A DNA stretch of 64,000 nucleotides from Desulfatiglandales bacterium (GTDB taxonomy: Bacteria > Desulfobacterota > DSM-4660 > Desulfatiglandales > HGW-15): the NCBI GenBank assembly GCA_963667015.2, contig CAXXJJ010000004.1, positions 480,001 through 544,000 on the forward strand, in the 5' to 3' direction. A program made the translations under genes and the position numbers. Positions 31,727 through 40,392 of this stretch are shown one piece after another. The notes under the pieces were generated by a model. That model searched no databases and had not been told where the DNA came from. It saw only the letters and a program-made list of their open reading frames with translations. Positions within the stretch are counted from its first letter, which is position 1. Each line of letters starts with the position of its first letter.

Positions 31727-32758
31727 TTAAGGAATCTTCTTTTTTTCATAGGTCCACCCTTTACGTGTGCATAAACCGCAGTCCGAACCAGTGAACATCT
31801 TTCCGCTATTTTTGTCACCTTCCAACTGCCATTTCAGCCATGCTGTGGCAACCACTCCAAACTCGCCGCCATTCGGTTGACTGTAGGTGCCTCCATGCCC
31901 CACTTTTTCGAGATTGGCTATGGCCACAGGGACTTTGTCGATCTTTGCGTAATCATCGATTGCCTGCGGGTATGCGATATCTGTCTCTCCACCGATGATA
32001 TAAATAGTGGGCGAGTGCAGTTTTGCAAGAACCTCCTTGCCGACTGCGGGCATTACCATCATTGGGGCTCCGCCACCTTTAGGCATACCTTCTTTAGGCG
32101 GTCCCATTTTAGGCATTCCCGCTTTGGGGGCTCCCATCTTGGGCATACCTTTTTTGGGCGGTCCCATTTTAGGCCGTCCGCCTTCACCGAAAAGACCGCT
32201 GTTCATGACCATGACTGTCTTAACGCGTGGATCAGGAGCCACTTCCAGCGCCTGAAGTCCACCGCAGCTCATGCCTGCTACGGCGAATTTTGATGGAGCC
32301 AGTTTTCCATAATATTTACTGCCGGAGCGGTTGTTCTCAGCCGTAGCCCAATCAATAGCTTCCAGTAACTGTGCCGATTTTGTGCCGCTGCCACCCATCA
32401 TGCCACCGGAACCGGCATTGGATTCCGCAACATACGGGCCTAAGGCCAGAACCAGAAAACCATGAGACGCTACTTCAGCAAGGAAGTTGGCGTGCATACG
32501 GGAAGAACTGGAGCACCCGCCATTCCCCCAGGCCAGCACAGGCATAGGATTCGATTTACTGAAAGGGCTCAAATCCTTGGGCCGATAAATTGTATGATCA
32601 GGTAAACCAGGATCCCCTTCCACGATTGCCACCGCATAAGGCCCCGAACCATCTGACATCGGCCCCATTTTAGGCATTCCGCCAGGCCCGGGCTGAGCAA
32701 GCGCCGTCGACACGATTAAACTAAATGCAAATACCAATACACTGACCAATCGAATCAT
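31727..32758 (-). CDS. Secreted alpha/beta hydrolase
   Basis: Signal peptide, WGNGGC, ASHGFLV, AGMSCGG nucleophile elbow, DIA, GHGGT. Confidence 0.8.
   Translation of the reverse strand: MIRLVSVLVFAFSLIVSTALAQPGPGGMPKMGPMSDGSGPYAVAIVEGDPGLPDHTIYRPKDLSPFSKSNPMPVLAWGNGGCSSSSRMHANFLAEVASHGFLVLALGPYVAESNAGSGGMMGGSGTKSAQLLEAIDWATAENNRSGSKYYGKLAPSKFAVAGMSCGGLQALEVAPDPRVKTVMVMNSGLFGEGGRPKMGPPKKGMPKMGAPKAGMPKMGPPKEGMPKGGGAPMMVMPAVGKEVLAKLHSPTIYIIGGETDIAYPQAIDDYAKIDKVPVAIANLEKVGHGGTYSQPNGGEFGVVATAWLKWQLEGDKNSGKMFTGSDCGLCTRKGWTYEKKKIP
32078..32174 (-). repeat. In-frame 30-bp tandem repeat, 3+ units (PKMGPPKKGM-like)
   Basis: Units start at 32078, 32108 and 32138, with a partial unit at 32168. Confidence 0.85.
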
Positions 32759-32906
32759 ATTCTTTCCCTCCTGATTATAAGTTGTTGCATAATAAGTTAC
32801 CTTACTGATTTCAGGTCCTCTTTAATGAATAAAAAAACCTCTTTTAAATAAAATCCGGTCTTTTGCAGCCGTTCAATATGAAAGGAATTTCTTTTTTGTG
32901 CAGTGA

Positions 32907-32935
32907 AGTATATGGATATGAGTTTGGTATGTCAA
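32907..32935 (-). promoter_or_regulatory. Near-consensus sigma70 promoter, copy 2
   Basis: TTGACA-N17-TATACT; flanks match copy 1. Confidence 0.75.
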
Positions 32936-33043
32936 TATACTTTTCTCATACTTTGGTATATCTATATACTTTTTTTATCATTTTGAGTTACAAACAGATT
33001 TTTTTTTGTTTTAAGCCTTTCTGGTTGTGTACATGGTCTGATT

Positions 33044-33448
33044 TTATTGCATAGCTATTTTGCATTTTTGAACTAATTCATGATGTTCACCATCCATGTA
33101 TAGCCTTCCTTTTGCGCAGAAGGGCCAAACCATACAATATTTTGCCTTATAGGCCTTACGCATATCCGCCATGGATATAGTATCGCTTTTTCGGTCTCTG
33201 GCATTTTCAGCCGCTTCCCTCATAAGCACATCAACGGATGCGAGGGCATCAGCCTGTTCACGCTGCCTGGATTCTTCCTTTTGCAGCTCAGAATGCATAT
33301 TCTCATCCCTGTAGTGGTCCAGGTATACGGTAAGCAGGAAAGTTACAGAATTTTCAACGTTAAATCCCCCTGTTTTGGCCCGGGCGATTACGCGTTGTCC
33401 TATGCTTTTTTTAAATTCTTCTGATTCTAACCAATCATATTTTGCCAT
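33044..33448 (-). CDS. Hypothetical protein with a histone-fold-like C-terminal segment
   Basis: GGAG RBS; LMREAAENARDRKSDTISMADMRKAY followed by CMVWPFC. Confidence 0.5.
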   Translation of the reverse strand: MAKYDWLESEEFKKSIGQRVIARAKTGGFNVENSVTFLLTVYLDHYRDENMHSELQKEESRQREQADALASVDVLMREAAENARDRKSDTISMADMRKAYKAKYCMVWPFCAKGRLYMDGEHHELVQKCKIAMQ

Positions 33449-33698
33449 ATTATGCTCCTATCCATCATATGAATCCACAGGATATCTCTTTTGTATGATT
33501 CCAGCCTCTTTTCATATCCGTTCGGATGCTGTGAGAACTCCCTGTTCAGACCTCTTCTGTGCTTCCAAAGATTATATGTCTTCTGCCATAGGAATACTGA
33601 ACTGACTGCTCATGGGACATTCCGGTTTTCCTTTCATCTGGCGCAAAAGCATCAGGTCACTTAAATAGTGCCCATCCATAAACAGGGATCAACAGATA

Positions 33699-33995
33699 TT
33701 ACACTTTGGGGCCTCGAACCGCATTCAGATAGTCTAAAATTTCTTTTACATCCGTATCGGATATTTTATCTGGTTCTTTTTGCTGCATTCGGATTACTGT
33801 TTCCTTCCATTCATCGGGCGTCTTGTTTTTTCCAAGTGGCCTGTCTATATCGTGGCATATAGAGCACCTCGCCTCGAATATTTCCCTGGCCTGCTTCAGT
33901 GCAGGATCATCCGTTACCGGGGCATTGTTCGATGAGTCGCATGCAGCAATGCACAATCCACAGATACAAAGAAAAATCAATTTATTTATTATCAT
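33699..33995 (-). CDS. Small monoheme cytochrome c lipoprotein
   Basis: Lipobox IAAC; CSICH heme motif; distal Met in VIRMQ. Confidence 0.75.
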   Translation of the reverse strand: MIINKLIFLCICGLCIAACDSSNNAPVTDDPALKQAREIFEARCSICHDIDRPLGKNKTPDEWKETVIRMQQKEPDKISDTDVKEILDYLNAVRGPKV

Positions 33996-34102
33996 CTCTT
34001 TTCCTTTCCTGTATTAATAGGATACATTCCAGTCTCATACACCTGTTATTTGATTATTATAGTTCAACCCCGATTCATCAATCAATGAATATTCAAACCT
34101 GC

Positions 34103-34396
34103 CTATGCGACTATTGCATGCAGCTCTTTCTTGAGCCTCCTTATTTCAAACACCACAGGATTTTGTGCATCGGCACAGGCGACTGCTTCACAATCAGGAT
34201 CTTTTGCCCATGGGTATTTACCATTAAAGGCCATCACACCTACAACAGGAAAAATCGACCCAAAGGCACCCATACATATACCCTCAGGAGTAGTGTACCC
34301 TTTAATAATCCACTCATCTCCAGGTTTATGGCCCATTGCACAATACCCCTTCTGAGAGACTACTTTTATCGATACATCATGTATTTCATCTTCCAT
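34103..34396 (-). CDS. TIGR04076-like small Cys-containing protein
   Basis: KGYCAMGHKPGD...PEGICMGAF...ACADAQNPVVFEIRR; GAGGAGG RBS. Confidence 0.75.
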   Translation of the reverse strand: MEDEIHDVSIKVVSQKGYCAMGHKPGDEWIIKGYTTPEGICMGAFGSIFPVVGVMAFNGKYPWAKDPDCEAVACADAQNPVVFEIRRLKKELHAIVA

Positions 34397-34526
34397 GTAA
34401 TCTACCTCCTCTGATGTTACTTACTTAAAGGTAATTCCTCGTAACATCAAACTTTTGAATCCCTAAAGACTCTGGTGATCCCGGGTAGAAGCCATCTGTT
34501 TTGATCGTTTTGTGTTAGATCGTCAA

Positions 34527-35108
34527 TCAGTGAATAATTAAGGCCTGTCCCTGGTCACTGTCTCTATCCAGCTCAAATTCCTTTTCAAGGAGAGCCTCAA
34601 GTTTCGGGCCATGGTAATTGTCCTGCTGCGAATGTTTTGAGAAGTCATTTTTTACATACAGCGTATAGAGCATTTTAAGGTTGAATCTATATAAGTAGAT
34701 AGTCGTATGCACAGACACGACAGTTCCGTTATCAGTTTCCTGTTCCGCCCGGTCTCTCTTCTCCGCAGTAACTGTAAGTGTGCCCTGCTCCAGGATCTCC
34801 TTCCCAACACGGAAACCAACACGAAAGAGACCTTCATTATCTGTCCTGGACATGTGCAGTGCGCCGCTAAACAGTTCTGAACCCTCTTCATCATTTATTT
34901 CAGAACTGACACCGGAAAGTCCTTCGAAATTGCCTGTTTCCCGAATGTATATCGTAAAGTAGATTTCGTCCCGGGAGTCAAGTTCATCGATATAGCCCAT
35001 AATAGGAAAGCTATCCACTCGATCCGCTTCAATATCATAAGTCCTGACACAGGCCAGCGCAGGAGTCGCGAGCAGCATCCATAAAATCGCTATTGTTATG
35101 TATTTCAT
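34527..35108 (-). CDS. Secreted hypothetical protein
   Basis: GGAG then MKYITIAILWMLLATPALA signal peptide. Confidence 0.55.
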   Translation of the reverse strand: MKYITIAILWMLLATPALACVRTYDIEADRVDSFPIMGYIDELDSRDEIYFTIYIRETGNFEGLSGVSSEINDEEGSELFSGALHMSRTDNEGLFRVGFRVGKEILEQGTLTVTAEKRDRAEQETDNGTVVSVHTTIYLYRFNLKMLYTLYVKNDFSKHSQQDNYHGPKLEALLEKEFELDRDSDQGQALIIH

Positions 35109-35289
35109 AATGGCTCCGACACAGGTATTAATTTGCGATGAAAACATCTCCGGTTTTCTTGATTCAGCAACAGGTAAGGCTCGTAATAAAAAATCAACTG
35201 CATGGAATGACTTCTACTGATATAACATATCTTACTGAATATTCAATTTAAAATTAATTTTGATTTGATGGAATGGTTCTTAGAATAGA

Positions 35290-35730
35290 TTAATCTTTAT
35301 CAGCATTCTCTTTTTCTTTCCTCTCCTTACGCATGAGTACCATCGTTTCATATTGCCCTTCGAATTGTTCTCTATGCTCTCCCAGCTGTGTATTAAACAA
35401 TTCAGCCTGTTCCGGAGGCAATATATTTCGAACTATATCTTCGTATTTTTATAACTCTTCAGTGCTACCTCATACTCGCGTATATATTTATCTTCACCCA
35501 TCAGGTCTGTTAATTCCCGGCTGTATTTTTCCATGTTTTCCTGATCAAGCCTTTCAGCCCTTTCTCTGTCTTCAGGTGTTGGTTTTTCTGTTAACCAGTT
35601 TTCAAGTTCAGCCAGTCTCCATTCAAGTTCAATGCGCTTAAATTCATCTGCATCTTCAGTAGATAATAACAACAATAGCTGTCAGGGTTATCAGGCCTGC
35701 AAGAGCTAAAAACATTTTTTTATATATCAT
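35290..35730 (-). pseudogene. Frameshifted remnant of a membrane-anchored coiled-coil protein
   Basis: RBS plus MIYKKMFLALAGLITLTAIV in one frame, the track ORF 35433-35675 in a second, and a charged tail (KYEDIVRNILPPEQ...KENADKD*) after another frameshift. Confidence 0.5.
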
Positions 35731-36284
35731 TAAACTCTCCAGATTTTATAGAGTGGAAAATTTGCTTCTCCTCCCAATTAGTAGGAGAAATGGTTCAAGG
35801 ATTCAAGGGGTCTAGGGGCCAAGTGTTTGTTTTATTAGGCCTTTTACTTTCGCAATATTCTATAAATGTAAATAAAACCATTCATTAGTACCTTAAGAGG
35901 ATACCTTTTATGGGCTTAAGAAAATTTCATCCCAAAAGCATCCCTGGATGCGATATTTTAATAGATACTCAGATACATATAATATGACAAGCTCTATAGG
36001 AGCGACATATACCAAATATGTTACCCCTCCGGGGTTAAATATTTTTGTATTATTATTGCTATTAATATATCACCGCGATGCGGTTTAAAATCAAAGCTTA
36101 ATTCAACAGCATTTGGGTGTAAAACCCCATACTACGTTAAACACTGAGGCTTTTCGCAGGGTGTCATTCTTTGTCCCGGCATAGCTTTTGCGACGACGGA
36201 TTATATACCACCGGAGGTCTGAGCTAACAGCTAAAGCAACTGAGGGATCACTCGTTTATTTTAATCAATAAAATTTAAATTTAG

Positions 36285-36431
36285 TTAATCGATCTCCAGT
36301 TCCTTCTGAAGATCTTCTATCCTTTTTCGAATTTCATCAAGTCTATCTTTATCATGGACGCCTTTTTCCAATTGTATCTTTAAGGAGAGAAGCTCCATAC
36401 TCTTCCTGTACTCCCCGCAATTTACTTTCAT
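36285..36431 (-). CDS. Small hypothetical coiled-coil protein, 48 aa
   Basis: Manual translation MKVNCGEYRKSMELLSLKIQLEKGVHDKDRLDEIRKRIEDLQKELEID. Confidence 0.5.
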   Translation of the reverse strand: MKVNCGEYRKSMELLSLKIQLEKGVHDKDRLDEIRKRIEDLQKELEID

Positions 36432-36494
36432 AATATTACTTCCATTTAAAAAACTTATAAATTCAACTTTTTCTCTGTTGCCCTGCTGAACAGC

Positions 36495-38177
36495 CTAATT
36501 ATTTATGACCGTCTCTTTTTCATTAAATTTCGCCCTCAGGAGATCCGTCTTTGCCATCTGGGCATACAACTGTGCCTGTGCGTAGTATGTCAGTGAGGAC
36601 GCTAAAAGCTCTCTCTTGCGGTTCTGATCTTCCTCCAGACCTGCATATCCATACCTGTCCATCGCTGCGGAATAAGCATAATATGCCTTGTCGAGGGTGT
36701 CCCTTATAATAGTAATCACCGGCAGGGTTAGATACGCGGGTTTCCTGTTCAGCTCATACTGAAAGGTATCTGCAGCATCCCAGTAAAGTGCGATTGTGTC
36801 TATATCCGCCTGCCTGGCTATTTCTTTTGGAGTTGCTTTCAACTGCAGCTTGACGTATTCCCCTGTTGCGTATGCAGGTGATCCGTTTCCACTCGGTACC
36901 CCTGTTGCAAGGTAGGCGGTGAGAGTAGCAGGATGGAAAATATTTACGCTGGTCGTGCCATGGCTGTTTGAGGTACCGCCCTTCCCCGGTTGATTGCGGT
37001 TCCAGGTACCCGAATCTGCGTCATACCAGTCATCGGATGCAAATATCTTTTTAGCAATATTAAAATTAACTGTCCCCGGTTCGGCTTCCGTCAGGTACCG
37101 GAGTACAGTGTTATACCTCTTGGGGCTGTCAGTGAAGGCAATAAAGGGAGCGTTATAGGGCTTCAGTGATGTACTCACCAGATGATTTGTCTGAACAATA
37201 AAGTTTCCCTTTTCCTTCTCCTGTCCCGGTGTTCTTAGGTTGTAATGGAGGTTGTTCGTTTCGAGAACCATGACATTATTTGCATCGGCCATGACAAAAC
37301 CTCCTGAAACAGCGCCTCTCGGCGTTGACTGTATAAACTCCTGAGCCTCTGCCGGCGTCTTTGCTGTCTGGCACAGCCATTGGAAATAGGCCTCGCAAAG
37401 CCCCCACGACGGTTTATCGCCCATGATAGCAGTCATCGCCCAGGCAAAACCATTCCCGTTCATTCCCATATTTCCGGCTAGTTTACCTGCAGAACTCTGT
37501 GTAACAAATGGTGCTCCTTCTGTGGGAAAGGCAAGTAATATGATATTGTCCATTGCCTCAAGTCCCACCATTGAGTCAAGAGCAAGTATCGATTTACCAT
37601 CCGGGGTCGCTTTTCCGGCAGCTGCAAAGGCGTTGCAGGAATGGGGTCTTTCTGCTGGTGTGACTTCCGGTCTTTTTATCGGCCCTTCCCACTTCACCCC
37701 TGTCTCCTCCGGATAGGCAACATTCGGCCTTGACCAGAGTTCTGAGGGATAGTAGGAGACTAAAAGTATATCATAATAGCTCAGATTGTATCCCTCCCGG
37801 CTGCACCCGTCCGACATGCCCCTGAACCACTCCGCCATGGCCGGCGTATAGGTCTTAATGTAGTAATCCCAGACCTTCAGATCGGTCGCTACAGTTTCCT
37901 GGCCGTAAGCCTCATAAAGCTGGTTTTTCTGGATTGCAACATTGTGTGCCAGCCTCGCTGCTGTCTGTTGCCCATATTGCAATCCCATTTCATACTCTGT
38001 ACCTGACACAACCACGACCTGAGGAAACCCTGTAGACACATAAACCTCAGGTATTGTCGAAATCACTTTAGCAGGGTTTGTCCCTGAGCTGCCAGTGCAG
38101 TTTGTTTGCAAAGCTATGATAAAGAAAAAAAAGATTGTGAGGGTTATGTAACTGAGAGTAGTCTGTTTTATTTTCAT
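36495..38177 (-). CDS. C45 family autoproteolytic Ntn hydrolase/acyltransferase, exported
   Basis: SGTEYEMGLQYGQQ, HS|CNAFAA cleavage site, GMNGNG, QTNH, SPKRY. Confidence 0.75.
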   Translation of the reverse strand: MKIKQTTLSYITLTIFFFFIIALQTNCTGSSGTNPAKVISTIPEVYVSTGFPQVVVVSGTEYEMGLQYGQQTAARLAHNVAIQKNQLYEAYGQETVATDLKVWDYYIKTYTPAMAEWFRGMSDGCSREGYNLSYYDILLVSYYPSELWSRPNVAYPEETGVKWEGPIKRPEVTPAERPHSCNAFAAAGKATPDGKSILALDSMVGLEAMDNIILLAFPTEGAPFVTQSSAGKLAGNMGMNGNGFAWAMTAIMGDKPSWGLCEAYFQWLCQTAKTPAEAQEFIQSTPRGAVSGGFVMADANNVMVLETNNLHYNLRTPGQEKEKGNFIVQTNHLVSTSLKPYNAPFIAFTDSPKRYNTVLRYLTEAEPGTVNFNIAKKIFASDDWYDADSGTWNRNQPGKGGTSNSHGTTSVNIFHPATLTAYLATGVPSGNGSPAYATGEYVKLQLKATPKEIARQADIDTIALYWDAADTFQYELNRKPAYLTLPVITIIRDTLDKAYYAYSAAMDRYGYAGLEEDQNRKRELLASSLTYYAQAQLYAQMAKTDLLRAKFNEKETVINN

Positions 38178-38287
38178 AAGAATTCCCCCTGAAAATTGTG
38201 ATTTATTTTTTCAAAGATGTTACAGATTCGCAGCCCGGATTTATCAGGATATATTTAATTTATATTCAGGTTTTGCGCATCATTCGT

Positions 38288-39196
38288 TCAGATAACCCCG
38301 CCGGTCATTTTTGCAATAAGTGCAGCTCCCGCTATACTCAGGTTATAACCAAAATGTACAGCGACCGCCGGCCCAATAGCTTTTTGAGTTAATCGCTGCC
38401 TTGTGGCAATTGCAGATAAAAGAGCAATTCCGATGAATGCGGGCCAAAAATATATTGCCTCCGAATAGTGAAGGCCTATAAACAGCAGGTTTGACAAAGC
38501 GATGCCCCACCAGACACCAAAAGACCTGTTCAGGCCGCCCAGCAGTATACCGCGAAACAGAAGTTCTTCAACCAGAGGAGCTATAAAAAGTGTGAAAGTA
38601 ATCCATACAAATTGAGCAACGCCTGACTGAAGGGCCATTTGGGCCAGCAGGCCGCCTTTTTGATCGGGGGGAAATGAAAACACCTGTATAGAAATTATTG
38701 AAAGAATAAAATAGATTAAGGCTGCGCTTACCCCTAATAAAATAGAATTAAGAAGAACCTTGGGTTTCCCTGCAGCCCAGGCGGCTCCAAAGGGAGAATT
38801 GTCCTTAAGAGATTTTCTAACGATATATGATCCTGCGGCAAATGCAATTGCTCCCGCCAGGGCTGATGCAAATACTATTTCCGGCATTATACCTGAAATC
38901 ATTCCCTGAAGCGCGTCTTTATTATTAGGATTACCTCCACTAACAATATATTTTATGATTGCAAATAGAGTGACAACGATTGAGGTTACCACCTGGCCAG
39001 CCAGATAGATTATGAAAACTAAAATCGCAGTTGCAGCACGGAGTTCAGGCTTGGAAGGGGATCTATTTTGTGTAATGTCTTCATCCTTATTTATTTTATC
39101 TGAAAAAAAGAAATCAGCACCTTCATCTACAGGAAGTCTGTCCGAAGCTATATCCTCGTTACTTTTCATTTCAAGGCTGGCATTTTTTGGATTCAA
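38288..39196 (-). CDS. CPBP (Abi/CAAX) intramembrane metalloprotease
   Basis: APLVEELLFRG, FIGLH, HFGYN; multiple TM segments. Confidence 0.88.
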   Translation of the reverse strand: MNPKNASLEMKSNEDIASDRLPVDEGADFFFSDKINKDEDITQNRSPSKPELRAATAILVFIIYLAGQVVTSIVVTLFAIIKYIVSGGNPNNKDALQGMISGIMPEIVFASALAGAIAFAAGSYIVRKSLKDNSPFGAAWAAGKPKVLLNSILLGVSAALIYFILSIISIQVFSFPPDQKGGLLAQMALQSGVAQFVWITFTLFIAPLVEELLFRGILLGGLNRSFGVWWGIALSNLLFIGLHYSEAIYFWPAFIGIALLSAIATRQRLTQKAIGPAVAVHFGYNLSIAGAALIAKMTGGVI

Positions 39197-39235
39197 AATA
39201 TTTATCTCCCTTTAATTTATTGCGAAGCGCAAGGT

Positions 39236-39315
39236 CTAATGCCTCGTCGCTTGCGGCGATTAAACAGATTTATTCCTTGTTTGTTACCCCGCTGCTTGCG
39301 GCGGGGTAGTTCATT
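39236..39315 (-). mobile_element. Small non-autonomous element (MITE-like) with two GCAAGC-loop hairpins
   Basis: Minus strand AATGAACTACCCCGCCGCAAGCAGCGGGGTAAC...ATCGCCGCAAGCGACGAGGCATTAG. Confidence 0.55.
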
Positions 39316-39419
39316 GGTTTTTCTGCTGTTGATTTTTATCAGTTACGTTGAGAACAAATTGCTACTCTCGAATGGATGATTATTGTTCTATACTCTATCA
39401 GCCTGTTTTTACTGCTCTC

Positions 39420-39584
39420 CTATGTCAAAGGCGGATAATGAATAGACAGGTATTTATGATCGTCCTCAATAACGATCTCGCAGTTCAAAGCTCCATCTGT
39501 TATCTTATTTTCTTTAATCTGCTCTATCTCTGCATCTGTAAGTCCGTCAACAAGTTCTTTGATTGGCCTTAATTGTCTATCCAT
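39420..39584 (-). CDS. Small acidic hypothetical protein, 54 aa
   Basis: Strong AAGGAGG RBS; MDRQLRPIKELVDGLTDAEIEQIKENKITDGALNCEIVIEDDHKYLSIHYPPLT. Confidence 0.55.
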   Translation of the reverse strand: MDRQLRPIKELVDGLTDAEIEQIKENKITDGALNCEIVIEDDHKYLSIHYPPLT

Positions 39585-39714
39585 GCGTTAAGCCTCCTTG
39601 TAAAATAGAGTTAAGCAAAAAATAAACCTTTACCCTGTTACACGTAGCCGAAGGAAAGGATATAAATTGTTTTATGCGGAAAGCTGTTAAAGATATGATC
39701 AACAGTCCTGTAAC

Positions 39715-39936
39715 CTAATTGTCTTTTCTAAGGGCACTTAACTTATCATTATCATAAACATCATGATAAAATGGAGGAATATCTTTTTTCTTCTGGTTGC
39801 CTTCAAATGAAGTAGTTTTCTTATATCCAATGCAATTTTTCTCGTCCAGTTCAACCACCTTCGGTTTTGTAACTATATTTTTTCGAATCAAGAGCTTTAA
39901 TATAGGATTCATCAATAAAAGTTTCATTGACTTCAT
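39715..39936 (-). CDS. Small hypothetical protein
   Basis: ORF track; AGGAG RBS upstream; no recognisable motif. Confidence 0.35.
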   Translation of the reverse strand: MKSMKLLLMNPILKLLIRKNIVTKPKVVELDEKNCIGYKKTTSFEGNQKKKDIPPFYHDVYDNDKLSALRKDN

Positions 39937-40021
39937 TTTTCTACTCCTGTTCAGGTCAATTTCAATCCATAAACCGGCACTAGGCTACAGTTATTTCCTT
40001 TGTCAGATAAACATCCTGTAT

Positions 40022-40303
40022 TTAGTTAACTTTACTTTGATTCGCGACTTTCCCTATAGCTTTCTGAACTTCCTGAGGATCTCCCAGATAATATTTTTTT
40101 AATGCTTTTAATGAATCATCAAGTTCATATACCAGCGGTATCCCTGTTGGGATATTCAGGTTAATGATTTGATCATCAGGCATATGATCAAGTTCTTTTA
40201 CAAGCGCACGCAGACTGTTGCCATGGGCAACAATGAGGATTTTTATTCCCTTTTGAACAGCTGGAGCAATCGTCTTATTCCAGAGAGGCAGTATCCTCAT
40301 CAT
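40022..40303 (-). pseudogene. gpmA: 3' fragment of 2,3-BPG-dependent phosphoglycerate mutase
   Basis: [13 protein letters not shown]...[14 protein letters not shown]; the N-terminal RHGES catalytic half is missing. Confidence 0.85.
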
Positions 40304-40327
40304 AAAAAAAGAAAGTCAGTTATTATT

Positions 40328-40363
40328 GGGGTCCGCCCCCGATTCATATTCACAGACCTGACC
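40328..40363. repeat. Degenerate GGGGTC-type palindromic element
   Basis: GGGGTCCGCCCCCGATTCATATTCACAGACCTGACC, about 25 bp from the gpmA breakpoint. Confidence 0.45.
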
Positions 40364-40392
40364 AAAATTCTTTTCATGCATTTTAAAATATT

